Below, one piece after another: positions 48,543 through 58,856 of a stretch of DNA of 64,000 nt. The DNA lies in the NCBI GenBank assembly GCA_965215185.1, contig OZ244034.1, positions 1,664,001 through 1,728,000 on the forward strand, read 5' to 3'. The notes under the pieces were generated by a model. It ran no database searches, was not told where the DNA came from, and saw nothing but the letters and a program-made list of their open reading frames with translations. Within the stretch, counting starts at the first letter, position 1; each line of letters opens with the position of its first letter. Made by a program: the position numbers and the translations under genes. This DNA is from Acidimicrobiia bacterium (lineage in GTDB: Bacteria; Actinomycetota; Acidimicrobiia; Spongiisociales; ZC4RG35).

Positions 48543-49951
48543 GTTTTATCGGTTCGACGGTGCCTCAACATCCCCAACACCTGGCTGGTGTGTTTCATGG
48601 CACTGATCGTCTCGATGTCGAACACCATCCGCAATTGGGACCTCACCGCCCAGAGGGTCGCCAGACCGGTCAACAGCACCGCCACCCCGCTTATGAACAG
48701 AACGGCCCGGATCCCATTACTCAACAGGCCGGGGAGCACACCTTCCAGGGTGACCGCCCCAAATCCCGCCGCTGCCAGAGAGAGCAGCAAAGCCAACCGA
48801 CCCAGGGAATAGAGCGCGCCGAAAGTTCGACCTCTGATGCTGTCGGTCACCACCGAATGAAGCTGAGTGAACCCGGCCACATACGCCATCCCGGTCCCGA
48901 TTCCCAATATCAGTACCCAACCAACCGCCGAGAACACCGACCGGGAAAAGCTGGTGAAGATGATTCCCCCGCCCGCTGCCAGCAAACCAAAGGCAAAGAT
49001 CGGTTCACGGTGTAGAAGATTCTTGCCAAGTCCGGCCAAGAGCACCATGCCGATTGTCACTCCCAGGCCAAGCGAGGTGAGCAGCGCCCCGTATCCGCTC
49101 TCGGTGGCTTCCAAGACCTGTTGGGTGAAGGGTTGCCCCATCACGAACAATCCCCCTCCTCCCAGCAAAGCCACCGCCATCCCCCACACCAGCCGGCGCA
49201 CCGGGCCTCGTCTTCCCACCTGCGCCCATCCCTCAAGCAGATCGCGCACCGGGGCGGCCAGAGAACGACGCTCCAGCTTCATTCGCCGCCGCTCGGGCAA
49301 GGGCGTGGGCTTGATGGGTATGGTGAGCGTAATGAACCCCGAGACCAAGAAAGTCGCCATGTCGAACGTGAAAGCAGGTAGCACCCAGGCGCCAAACTGT
49401 CCTACCTCGGGAAGATATTTGCTGAATTCGGTGAGCAACGCGAACAGCGCCGATCCGATCGGCGCTGTTCCGTACATGGAAAGCAGATTGAGACCGTTGG
49501 CCATTGCCAAATGTCGGGGAGCGATCAGAGTGGGTACCACCGCTTCCCGGGCGGGTTGGCGGAACAGCCCAAGGAGTTCCACCAACACGATGACCATGAA
49601 CAGTTGGGAGAGGGTGGAGACGAACAGAAGAGTGCCCACCAATGCGGCTCGTCCGAAGTCGGAGACGGCCATGGTGAGCTTTCGGTTCCAGCGGTCCGCC
49701 GCCACGCCGCCCAGCATTCCCGCCACCATCCCCGGCAAGAACCGCGCCACCAAGGAAACGATTATCGCCACAGTGGAGCCGTCCCCTCCGCCGCCGATCC
49801 GGGCCGCCAGCGCCAAAGTGGCGAAAATGTTCACCCAGTCGCCCAGGCTGGAGACACTGTTTGCCCACCACAACTTGGCGAAAGGGCCGCGGCGGATCAG
49901 ATCGCGGCCACGGATTTGTTCCACATGATCCACTCGGGAAACACTAGCCAA
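48539..49951 (-). CDS. MFS transporter (type often linked to tmk in actinobacteria)
   Basis: SSLGDW, GVAADRWNRK, many transmembrane segments. Confidence 0.92.
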   Translation of the reverse strand: MASVSRVDHVEQIRGRDLIRRGPFAKLWWANSVSSLGDWVNIFATLALAARIGGGGDGSTVAIIVSLVARFLPGMVAGMLGGVAADRWNRKLTMAVSDFGRAALVGTLLFVSTLSQLFMVIVLVELLGLFRQPAREAVVPTLIAPRHLAMANGLNLLSMYGTAPIGSALFALLTEFSKYLPEVGQFGAWVLPAFTFDMATFLVSGFITLTIPIKPTPLPERRRMKLERRSLAAPVRDLLEGWAQVGRRGPVRRLVWGMAVALLGGGGLFVMGQPFTQQVLEATESGYGALLTSLGLGVTIGMVLLAGLGKNLLHREPIFAFGLLAAGGGIIFTSFSRSVFSAVGWVLILGIGTGMAYVAGFTQLHSVVTDSIRGRTFGALYSLGRLALLLSLAAAGFGAVTLEGVLPGLLSNGIRAVLFISGVAVLLTGLATLWAVRSQLRMVFDIETISAMKHTSQVLGMLRHRRTDKT

Positions 49952-50012
49952 AATACAAAAACCCTGATTCGGTTAGGTATATACCACCCGGGGCGGGTAA
50001 CTTGTTAGTCCG

Positions 50013-52568
50013 ATGAGCAAGGCACTGGTGGTAGTCGAATCTCCAACCAAGGCTCGCAGCATCTCCTCCTACCTGGGACCGGACGTGATTGTGGAGTCTT
50101 CCATGGGACATGTACGAGATCTCCCCTCAAAAGAGCTGGGGGTGGATGTCGAACACGGGTTCCAGCCCAAATACGTCACCTCCCCCGGCAAGGGAAACCA
50201 AATCAAGAAACTGCGAACCGCCTTGGCGTCGGCGGACTCCCTCTATCTGGCCACCGACCGTGACCGGGAGGGGGAAGCCATTGCCTGGCACCTCACCCAA
50301 TTGCTGAAACCCAAGGTGCCGGTGAAGAGGATGGTCTTCTACGAAATCACCCCAGAGGCCATCCGCCAGGCTTTTGACAATCCCCGCGAACTCGATACCG
50401 CCTTGGTCGACTCCCAGGAGGCCCGACGAATTCTCGACCGTTTGTACGGCTATGAGGTCTCACCAGTGCTATGGAGGAAGATCAAAACCGGACTCTCGGC
50501 GGGGCGAGTGCAAAGCGTGGCGATCCGACTGGTGGTGGAAAGGGCGCGAGAGCGCATCAAGTTCGTAAGGGCCGCCTACTGGAACATAGTGGGTGAGTTC
50601 CACCCCCAAGACCATCCGGACAACCATTTCGAAGCGCAGATCGCCTCGGTGGCGAAACGACGAGTCGCCACCGGCAAGGATTTCACATCTCGAGGAGAAT
50701 TAAAGAATCCCAAGACCCTGCATCTGGGCAAAGCCGACGCAGAACGTCTGGTAACCGAACTGGCCGACTCTTCTTTTGTGGTCACCTCCCTGACCAAAAA
50801 GCCTTACAAACGTTCCCCTTCTCCTCCCTATCGGACCTCGACTCTCCAGCAAGACGCCTCTCGCCGGCTCAGGATGGCGCCGGCCCGCGCCATGCGGGCT
50901 GCCCAGCAACTCTACGAAAACGGATACATTACCTATATGCGCACCGATTCGGTGTCCATTTCCTCCGCGGCGGTCAACACCACTCGAAACCTCATCCGGA
51001 GTCACTTCGGCGACGCATACCTTCCCGCCCGTCCCCGGATCTACCGAACCAAGGTGAAATCCGCCCAAGAGGCGCACGAAGCCATCCGACCCGCCGGAAC
51101 GACCTGGAAGACTCCTCAACAGGTGACCGCCGCCATCGGGGAGGGCGATCCGTCGCGGATCTACCAGTTGATTTGGAGACAGGCGGTTGCGTCCCAGATG
51201 AAGGACGCGGTCGGGGAAACGGTCTCCGCCACTTTGAGCGGCGCTTCGTCCTCGGGCCAGATCGTCGACTTTCACGCGGTCGGGCGGACCATCACCTTTC
51301 CCGGGTTTCTCAGAGTGTATGGGGCGGCTCCAGATCCCGGTAGTGCCAAAGCAGAGAACCGCCAAAAAACCCTACCGCCCCTCTCCAGCCAACAACCGCT
51401 GGGAATAACCCGCTTGACGGCCAAGGACCATCAGACCAGACCTCCGGCCTGGTACACCGAAGCTTCCCTGATCAGGACCCTGGAAGATTTGGGTGTGGGC
51501 CGACCTTCCACTTACGCCTCCATTATCAGCACCATTCAGGACCGAGGCTATGTCTGGAGCCAGAACCAGGCACTAATTCCCACTTTCACCGCCTTTGCGG
51601 TGGTCACCCTCCTGGAGGAGAACTTTCCCAATCTGGTCGACTACCAGTTCACCGCCAAAATGGAAGATGACCTCGACCGGATCGCTGATCGACAGGAGCA
51701 GACCAAACCCTGGCTCGAACGTTTCTACTTCGGCGAGAACGGCCTCCAAGCCCTGGTGGCCACCACCCTGGAAAAGGTCGACACCCGGCTCTCCCGGAAG
51801 ATCCCGATCGGGCATGACCCCGAGGGAGAAGAGATCGCCGCCCGCATCGGCAAATACGGACCGTACCTGCAGTGGAAAGGCACCAACGTTTCCATACCGG
51901 ACCGTTTGCCTCCTGACGAGTTGACCACTGAGAAAGCCTTGGAATTGCTCGCCGAGGGAGCTTCTTCAGGTGACCGCAAGATACTTGGAACCGATCCGCA
52001 GAGCGGATTGGAGGTGCTGGCTTTGGATGGCCGGTACGGGCCCTACTTGCAGTTGGGGGAAACCCAGGCCGCCAAGACCACACCCAAACGGGTCTCCCTG
52101 CCCAAGGAAACCGAGTTGGGAGGCCTGAGCCTGGATGAGGCTCTCCGCTGGTTGAGCCTCCCCCGCCTGATAGGGACAGACCCCCAAAACAGCGAAGAGG
52201 TATTCGCTCGCTATGGCCGCTATGGACCCTATATCTCCCAGGGGAAAACCAATCGCAATCTCTCTCAGATCGAACAGCTTTTCACCATCACCATCGAAGA
52301 AGCGCTGGAAATACTGAAGACCACGCCCGCTCGGGGCAAAACCCCCGCCCTGCGGGTCCTGGGGGAGGATCCCCGCACCGGCAAACCAGTGGAATTGCGG
52401 GACGGCAGATACGGACCCTATGTGAGCGACGGTGTGACCAACGCCTCTCTGGGAAATGTGGACACCGTGGACAGCATCACTGTCGAGCGAGCCAGTGACC
52501 TCTTGGAAACTCGCCGCCAAAAACGCGGCGCTACCAAAGGCCAGGCCCGCCCCCGCCGACGCAAATAA
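50013..52568 (+). CDS. topA: DNA topoisomerase I
   Basis: VVESPTKA, ATDRDREGE, SAGRVQS, YITYMRTDS, C-terminal GRYGPY repeats. Confidence 0.98.
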   Translation: MSKALVVVESPTKARSISSYLGPDVIVESSMGHVRDLPSKELGVDVEHGFQPKYVTSPGKGNQIKKLRTALASADSLYLATDRDREGEAIAWHLTQLLKPKVPVKRMVFYEITPEAIRQAFDNPRELDTALVDSQEARRILDRLYGYEVSPVLWRKIKTGLSAGRVQSVAIRLVVERARERIKFVRAAYWNIVGEFHPQDHPDNHFEAQIASVAKRRVATGKDFTSRGELKNPKTLHLGKADAERLVTELADSSFVVTSLTKKPYKRSPSPPYRTSTLQQDASRRLRMAPARAMRAAQQLYENGYITYMRTDSVSISSAAVNTTRNLIRSHFGDAYLPARPRIYRTKVKSAQEAHEAIRPAGTTWKTPQQVTAAIGEGDPSRIYQLIWRQAVASQMKDAVGETVSATLSGASSSGQIVDFHAVGRTITFPGFLRVYGAAPDPGSAKAENRQKTLPPLSSQQPLGITRLTAKDHQTRPPAWYTEASLIRTLEDLGVGRPSTYASIISTIQDRGYVWSQNQALIPTFTAFAVVTLLEENFPNLVDYQFTAKMEDDLDRIADRQEQTKPWLERFYFGENGLQALVATTLEKVDTRLSRKIPIGHDPEGEEIAARIGKYGPYLQWKGTNVSIPDRLPPDELTTEKALELLAEGASSGDRKILGTDPQSGLEVLALDGRYGPYLQLGETQAAKTTPKRVSLPKETELGGLSLDEALRWLSLPRLIGTDPQNSEEVFARYGRYGPYISQGKTNRNLSQIEQLFTITIEEALEILKTTPARGKTPALRVLGEDPRTGKPVELRDGRYGPYVSDGVTNASLGNVDTVDSITVERASDLLETRRQKRGATKGQARPRRRK

Positions 52569-52580
52569 CCCGAGGTCACC

Positions 52581-53351
52581 GTGAAGACCTCTCCCGTCGC
52601 CGCAATCGGAGGGGGCATGTGTCTGCTTTCGGCCTTGTTGTGGGCGGGAGCAGTCTCCAGCGGCGCCGGACCTTGGGATCCCGCCCAAACGGTGGTCCTA
52701 GTCGGCGGTTTGGTGTTACTGGCCACCGCGGCCCTGGTGGGAATGGTGGTGAAAGGCTCCCGTTGGGGCCGCCAACTGGCCGCAGGGCTGGCCGCAGCAG
52801 AACTGGCAGTGGCGATGCTCGCGCCCATCTCCGGTTGGTGGTGGGCCGCGGTTGGACTGTCCGGAGCAACCCTGGCGCTGGTTGGAGGACCTTGGCTTGT
52901 CACGGAGCAGGGCCGCCGCGCACCTTCGCTCGGCCCCCCTTCCCAGGCGGTCCTGCTTCTCTGCGTTCTGGCCTGTGTGCCTGTGGCCCTGGCCGCGGTG
53001 TCGGTGAACGGAATGGGAGGCGGTTGGGTGCTGGCGGCGCTATCGGCAGTTGTAGCGCTGGCCTATGCCAAGGCCCTTCCCGGGTCTCTGTTCTCCGCCC
53101 GTTTTCTGATTCCCGCCGTCGGGGTGGCGACCGCTTTCACCACTCCCTGGCCGGGGTGGACAGTGGCGGTGGGCGGAAGCTGCACAGCAGCTTGGGCTGC
53201 CTGGTCCGAAGGGGCGCGCCTGGCGGTGCATCCCCTGGTTGATACCCGACCCACCCCTACTCCCGGACCGACGCCGCTGCGAATCAAGTCGTCAAGAGAA
53301 ACGGCGGGGACGCGCCGCCCCGCCGGGAATACCGAGCAGAAGTCGGGATGA
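52581..53351 (+). CDS. Hypothetical membrane protein
   Basis: Multiple hydrophobic helices; GAGG before the GTG start. Confidence 0.7.
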   Translation: MKTSPVAAIGGGMCLLSALLWAGAVSSGAGPWDPAQTVVLVGGLVLLATAALVGMVVKGSRWGRQLAAGLAAAELAVAMLAPISGWWWAAVGLSGATLALVGGPWLVTEQGRRAPSLGPPSQAVLLLCVLACVPVALAAVSVNGMGGGWVLAALSAVVALAYAKALPGSLFSARFLIPAVGVATAFTTPWPGWTVAVGGSCTAAWAAWSEGARLAVHPLVDTRPTPTPGPTPLRIKSSRETAGTRRPAGNTEQKSG

Positions 53352-53608
53352 GACGCAGGCCCAACCCCTGGATCGCAATGCCGTCGCTGGCGGCCGCGCT
53401 GTTCGGTGGCGGTTTGGGATGGGTGGTGAATGATGTTGCGTGCCGCTCCGACCTGGGATCAACCTGTGTGGGGAAATCTCTTTTTTGGGGTGTGAGCGGA
53501 TTTTTTCTGGGATTGGTGGGGATGGCGGTGGTCATGGTGCTGGTATCCCGCTCCATAGCCGAATGGCGGGAATACCAGGGGCGGGGGCCCGAAGACCCCC
53601 GCCCCTAA
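53348..53608 (+). CDS. Small membrane protein
   Basis: Two transmembrane helices; ATGA overlap with the previous gene. Confidence 0.7.
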   Translation: MRRRPNPWIAMPSLAAALFGGGLGWVVNDVACRSDLGSTCVGKSLFWGVSGFFLGLVGMAVVMVLVSRSIAEWREYQGRGPEDPRP

Positions 53609-53637
53609 TCGTTTTCTTTAGTTCTGAGACAACTGAC

Positions 53638-54549
53638 TCAGCCGGAGACGAATCCTTTGTCTGCCAACCATTCGGCGGCGATGTCCGCCGGATCTTCCTG
53701 ATCGATCCCCGCCCGGCGGTTCATTTCGGTCAACTCCGGGGTAGTGATAGCCGCTGAAACCTTGTCCAACAGCTCCACTAGATCGTCACCGTAGGCGTCC
53801 ACGATGTCCAGACGCACCGCCGGCACGATGTTCTCCGCCGGATTGAGACCCCGGTCGTCATCCAAAAGCACCAGGCCCTTGGCGGCGATCACCCCGTCGG
53901 TGGTGAAGAGCACGCCCACATCAATGTCACCTGACACCAGGGCCGCCACCGTAAGAGGGCCCCCCACGTCCAGAGGCTTGAATTCGGCGAAGGTCAGTCC
54001 GTAGACACTCTCTAGACCCGGCAGGCAATTGAGCCGCTCTGGGCATTCCGGCGGGCCGCCGAACACCAGGCCGGAGGCGATGGGCGACAGATCGCTTACC
54101 TTCCCAAGCCCATAGGAGGCAGCCGTATCGCCAGTTACTACAAAGCCGTTCTTGTCCTGGGCAGGCGCGTAGCCCAACAAGGTCACGCCTTCGGGTTCGA
54201 AGGCATCCTTGACGGCTTGCCAGGTTGCCTGCTCATCGGCACTGGGTGTCACACCCAGGAAATTGCCCAGGCTTCCCGTGTACTCGGGGACCAAGCTGAT
54301 CTCACCCGATTGAAGGGCAGGTTTCACAACCTCTCGAGAGCCCAGACCGAGACTCCGTTCTACGGGATAGCCTTCGTCTTCCAACACCTGAGCATAGATC
54401 TCACCGAGAATGAGACTTTCTCCGAAATTGAAGGAGGCCACCACTATGGTGGGGCCATCGGCGTCGTCACCCGACCCGCAAGCGCCGGCCACCAAGGCCA
54501 TAGCTAACAGAGTCGCCCCAACAGCGCCCTTGCGCAAGAATTGCCACAT
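53638..54549 (-). CDS. Osmoprotectant ABC transporter substrate-binding lipoprotein
   Basis: Lipobox VAGAC; PEYTGSL, GGPPECPER. Confidence 0.93.
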   Translation of the reverse strand: MWQFLRKGAVGATLLAMALVAGACGSGDDADGPTIVVASFNFGESLILGEIYAQVLEDEGYPVERSLGLGSREVVKPALQSGEISLVPEYTGSLGNFLGVTPSADEQATWQAVKDAFEPEGVTLLGYAPAQDKNGFVVTGDTAASYGLGKVSDLSPIASGLVFGGPPECPERLNCLPGLESVYGLTFAEFKPLDVGGPLTVAALVSGDIDVGVLFTTDGVIAAKGLVLLDDDRGLNPAENIVPAVRLDIVDAYGDDLVELLDKVSAAITTPELTEMNRRAGIDQEDPADIAAEWLADKGFVSG

Positions 54550-54665
54550 GGGTATTTATCTCCTGTTAATAGGTTACTGACAGCAGGACATCCACAGGGG
54601 ACACCCGCCTGGTAATGAGATGCTACCCCACCTGGGAATGGTGCAAATCAGACGGTGGGTGGAGT

Positions 54666-55349
54666 CTACCGGCTGCCCTCACCCAAAGCCCCCCTTGGAA
54701 CAAGGCGACGTTGCCCGCGACTAAAGATCATCTCCGCCAGCACGGCCAGCGTAGCCACCAGCACTGCTCCTATCAACAACTCTCCCTGATCCCGTTGGGC
54801 GAATCCGTCCACTATGAAGCGGCCCAGGCCTCCCCCCGCCGCCAGAGCCGCCAGGGTTGCGGTGGCTATCACCTGGGAAACAGCGATCCGCACCCCTTCG
54901 GCGATCACCGGTAGGGCCAGCGGCAACTCCACTTTCAGCAGGACTGCCCTTCCAGTCATTCCCATGCCCAAGGCCGACTCCAACACTGCCGGGTTAACCG
55001 CCAGCACCCCGGCCACCGTGTTGGTGAACATCGGGGGCCCGCTCAAAGCGATCAAAGCAATCAGAGCGGGCCATGGACCCAAACCCAGCCACACCACCAC
55101 TATCACCAGAATCCCGAATGTGGGCACCGCCCGGCCGATGTTCACCACTGCAGATGCGGCCAGCACCCCTCGACGCCGATGGGCAGCCCAAAGGGCGGGT
55201 GGGATCACCAGCACTGATGCGACTATCAGCGCCGCGGCCGACAGCAACAAGTGTTCGGCCAGCCGGAGCGGAATGCTTCCCGTCCCCCACCAGGTGCCCG
55301 GGTCAACCAAGAACAACTGGATTTCTTCGAGAAGAGGCAGGTTGGTCAT
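54666..55349 (-). CDS. Osmoprotectant ABC transporter permease
   Basis: ESALGMGMT...VELPLALPVI EAA loop. Confidence 0.93.
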   Translation of the reverse strand: MTNLPLLEEIQLFLVDPGTWWGTGSIPLRLAEHLLLSAAALIVASVLVIPPALWAAHRRRGVLAASAVVNIGRAVPTFGILVIVVVWLGLGPWPALIALIALSGPPMFTNTVAGVLAVNPAVLESALGMGMTGRAVLLKVELPLALPVIAEGVRIAVSQVIATATLAALAAGGGLGRFIVDGFAQRDQGELLIGAVLVATLAVLAEMIFSRGQRRLVPRGALGEGSR

Positions 55350-55993
55350 GCCACCGATCGCCTAGTCCAAGGGGTGAACAACCGTTCAGCCCATAACAAC
55401 CCAACATCAATAACCACGGCCAGCACCACCGATCCAACAGTTCCAACGATGATTTGAGTCCAAAAAAAGCTCCGCAGACCCGCCAGAATGAAGAACCCCA
55501 AGCCTCCTTGGCCCAAAATCGAGGTGATGGTGACCAGTCCCACAGTGGTGACCGCCGCGATCCTGATTCCCGCCATGATCACCGGCAGAGCCAGGGGAAA
55601 CTCGGCTCTCCAAAAACGGCGACGGGGGGTGAAACCCATCCCGTCGGCGGCTTCTTTGACCCCTCGAGAAACCCCGTCAATGCCGGCCACTGTGTTACGC
55701 ACGATTATCAGGAGGGTGTAGCCGACCAGGCCTATCTCTGACGTAAGAGTGGACAACCCCGTAAAAGGAACCAGGAAAGCAAACAGCGCCAGGGAAGGAA
55801 TGGTGTAGAGAATGTTGGTGGCAGAAGTTATCGGCCCGTACCATCTTCGCCTTCGCACAGCCAACACCGCCAGCCCGATGGCGATCACGGTCCCTACCAA
55901 CACCGCCACTCCGGTCAGGAAGATGTGCTCCCAAGTCCTCTCCAAAACGGCGATCCAGTTGCGGGCTATCCACTCCCAGTTGATAAAGGTCAC
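55346..55993 (-). CDS. Osmoprotectant ABC transporter permease
   Basis: YTIPSLALF, EAADGMGF...PLALPVIMAGIR. Confidence 0.93.
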   Translation of the reverse strand: MTFINWEWIARNWIAVLERTWEHIFLTGVAVLVGTVIAIGLAVLAVRRRRWYGPITSATNILYTIPSLALFAFLVPFTGLSTLTSEIGLVGYTLLIIVRNTVAGIDGVSRGVKEAADGMGFTPRRRFWRAEFPLALPVIMAGIRIAAVTTVGLVTITSILGQGGLGFFILAGLRSFFWTQIIVGTVGSVVLAVVIDVGLLWAERLFTPWTRRSVA

Positions 55994-57138
55994 CCCCCGC
56001 CCTTCGCTTCACGGTGTTCCCCCAGTGCCTCTGACACCATCGTCAAGTCCACCAAACCCCAGTAAAAGCCATCCTCGGCCACCACCGCGATATCCCGGCG
56101 GGACCCCACCATCGTATCCACCGCCTGCCGCAGGGAAGCGTTTCGGCGGATGACAGAGAAAAACGGACGAGCCGTCAATCCTTCCAGTGACGAGACGTGC
56201 TCCAGGTCGGAGACCGGAATCCAGCCTCGGAGAAGCCCTTCCGACAGTAAGCCCACCCAATCCGTTCCCTCTCTACGAGCCGCTTCTCGGGCGACATGGG
56301 GAGTGGTGGAGACTTCCACAACCGGTCCCCATTTGAGGCGAAGCTCGGCAACCCTCCGAAGAGCCAGCCGCTGCAGATTCCGCTCCCCCCCGATGAATTC
56401 TTCAACAAACCGATTGGCGGGATTACTCAGAATGGCGGCAGGGGAACCCTTTTGCTCCAATACTCCACCCACATTGAGAATGACAATCTGATCACCCAGC
56501 TTCAAGGCCTCTTCGACGTCGTGAGTAACGAAAACGATGGTCTTGCGAAGCCTCTTTTGGAGATCGAGCAACTCATCCTGTAGCCGGTGGCGAACGATGG
56601 GATCCACCGCTCCGAACGGCTCGTCCATCAGAAGCACCGGCGGATCAGCCGCCAATGCCCGAGCCACCCCTACCCGCTGCTGCTGACCTCCTGACAGAGC
56701 AGCCGGATAACGATCAAGCAGCGACTCGTCCAAACCCACCAGCCCGGCCAATTCCAAAGTGCGTTCCGCGGTCCGCTCTGGTGGCCATCCCAATAGCTCG
56801 GGGACGGTACCGATGTTGCGCCGCACCGTCCAGTGGGGAAATAGCCCAACCTGCTGTATCACGTATCCGATCGACCGCCGCAGCAGGTGGGGCTCTCCGT
56901 CTCGGACCGGAGCACCATTCACTTCTATGTACCCCGAGGTGGGCTCGACCAGTCGGTTGATCATCTTCAAAACTGTGGTCTTCCCACACCCCGACGGTCC
57001 CACCAGAACCACGATTTCTCCACTGAGGATCTCCAGGCTCAGGCATTCCACGGCCGGGGATGCAGAGTCGCCGTAGGTCTTGGAGACCTCTCTTAAGGAA
57101 ATCATGGGACGGCTCCCAGCTTCACCCGACGTCATCAT
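55990..57138 (-). CDS. Osmoprotectant ABC transporter ATP-binding protein
   Basis: GPSGCGKT, IGYVIQQVGLFPH, LSGGQQQR, C-terminal CBS-like region. Confidence 0.95.
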   Translation of the reverse strand: MMTSGEAGSRPMISLREVSKTYGDSASPAVECLSLEILSGEIVVLVGPSGCGKTTVLKMINRLVEPTSGYIEVNGAPVRDGEPHLLRRSIGYVIQQVGLFPHWTVRRNIGTVPELLGWPPERTAERTLELAGLVGLDESLLDRYPAALSGGQQQRVGVARALAADPPVLLMDEPFGAVDPIVRHRLQDELLDLQKRLRKTIVFVTHDVEEALKLGDQIVILNVGGVLEQKGSPAAILSNPANRFVEEFIGGERNLQRLALRRVAELRLKWGPVVEVSTTPHVAREAARREGTDWVGLLSEGLLRGWIPVSDLEHVSSLEGLTARPFFSVIRRNASLRQAVDTMVGSRRDIAVVAEDGFYWGLVDLTMVSEALGEHREAKGGG

Positions 57139-58082
57139 CGGCAGGTTTGGTCAGAGCAACCGGCTACCGAACCGACTAGACGTCCCTGCGGGTCGATCAC
57201 CGGGATAGGAGAGTCGCCAAACCACTCGATCTGGCTCTGCAGATCGGACAGGGCGTCGACCATCCCGATGGAACGGGCCTTCTCCATGGCGTGGGCAACC
57301 GGGCTCTCCTCCCCAGCGACCAACAACGATGACCTGCGCACCAGTCCAACCAACCCTCCGTTTTCCGCCACCGCCAGCAACTCGTTGGAATGCAGACGCA
57401 GTACATCAGCGGCGTGATGGTAGGGACTGACAAAACGCGGGGCGTCCATGATCTGGAAGACCCGGAGAGGGGCGGACCGGACGATCACCACTCCCCCCGC
57501 GGCCCTCTGCCGCAGCCGGGCGCCCCGTCCGAACAACACCCGCTGAAACCAGTTGCCTCCTGGGGCGCCGATCACCAATAGGCACTGGGGGGGAAGCTGG
57601 GATATGAGATGTCCAGCGCTATCCGCGCCCATCAACCGGTACTCAAGATCGGGAACATGGGGGAACAGGCTTTCCACTACCGACACCGCCCCCTCCCGCA
57701 ATTCGTCACCGCGAAAGGCACAAGCCATGAATGAGGGGACCTGCAACCTCTCTCCCAGGCGGCGGGCCACCAACACCGCCGCGCGAGAATGCGGACCCCC
57801 TGCCACCGCGGCTACCACCGACCGGACCTTGCCGGGAACAAAATCGACAGGGACCACCACATTCAGCAGGGTGGAGTGGGGTAGCCTTCGAGAAACCAAC
57901 ACCGTGGAATGCCATTGCACCGCCGTGTCCACCAAATCTGAGACTACCCGCACCGGTTCATGGCTTCCAAGCAACTCCGCCAACGCCCGACAGCCCCGAC
58001 CACGAGTCCACAAAACCGGAACCGGCAGGCCGGTACGGGGAAGGGACAGTGCGGTGCCATCGAGAAATGACAAATCTGCCAC
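57135..58082 (-). CDS. USP-like plus CBS-domain protein
   Basis: VAAVAGGPHS and LLVIGA (USP-like); IPVIDPQGRLVGSV (CBS). Confidence 0.7.
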   Translation of the reverse strand: MADLSFLDGTALSLPRTGLPVPVLWTRGRGCRALAELLGSHEPVRVVSDLVDTAVQWHSTVLVSRRLPHSTLLNVVVPVDFVPGKVRSVVAAVAGGPHSRAAVLVARRLGERLQVPSFMACAFRGDELREGAVSVVESLFPHVPDLEYRLMGADSAGHLISQLPPQCLLVIGAPGGNWFQRVLFGRGARLRQRAAGGVVIVRSAPLRVFQIMDAPRFVSPYHHAADVLRLHSNELLAVAENGGLVGLVRRSSLLVAGEESPVAHAMEKARSIGMVDALSDLQSQIEWFGDSPIPVIDPQGRLVGSVAGCSDQTCR

Positions 58083-58155
58083 ACTAACCAGGTTAACGCA
58101 CCTGTAAGACCTCCCAGATCATTGCACGTTCGACTATCTGAGAAAGAAGCAACGG

Positions 58156-58758
58156 ATGGAGTTCAACAAAGTAATCAAAAGGAGGAGGATGGTACGCAAT
58201 TACCATCCCGGTCCCATCTCCTCGGAGGCAGTGGAGCGGATCGTAACCGCCGCGCTGTCCGCTCCCTCGGCCGGATACTCCCAGGGACAGTCCCTGGTAG
58301 TGATCACCGATAGACCCACCCGTGCCAATATCGCCAGCTTGGCCGACGAGCCTCGGTATGTGGCCCAAGGTTTTGATCCATGGTTGTCCAATGCCGCTGT
58401 CCACATTGTGTTGTGTGTCTCCGCCGAGGCGTACCAGCGCCGCTATCGGGAGCCGGACAAGATAGCATCCCGCCGATCCGAAACGCCATGGCCCGTGCCT
58501 TACTGGTGGGTGGACGCCGGCGCTTCGCTGATGGCGATACTGCTGGCGGCAGTGGATGAGGGACTGGCCGGCGGGTTTCTGGGCGCCCACGCTGTTCCCG
58601 GTTTGGCCGAGTTTCTGGGTGTGCCTGATCACACCACGCCGGTGGGAGTGGTCACCATCGGCTTTCCCGCTGCGGATCGGCGTTCCACCTCACTGAACCG
58701 GGGAAAGCGGCCCCGATCGGAAGTGGTGCACTACGGGCGCTGGAGCAGCCCATCCTGA
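58156..58758 (+). CDS. Nitroreductase family protein
   Basis: RRRMVRNY, APSAGYSQG, DAGAS...LLAAVDEGL. Confidence 0.93.
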   Translation: MEFNKVIKRRRMVRNYHPGPISSEAVERIVTAALSAPSAGYSQGQSLVVITDRPTRANIASLADEPRYVAQGFDPWLSNAAVHIVLCVSAEAYQRRYREPDKIASRRSETPWPVPYWWVDAGASLMAILLAAVDEGLAGGFLGAHAVPGLAEFLGVPDHTTPVGVVTIGFPAADRRSTSLNRGKRPRSEVVHYGRWSSPS

Positions 58759-58856
58759 CCACAGCTTTGGGTAATCCCAGGCGTGATCGACCGCCTCAAT
58801 CGGGGCATGCTCTCCACCCGGCGGCCTCGTGGCCACGGCGTAACTAGTCTGCAAAG

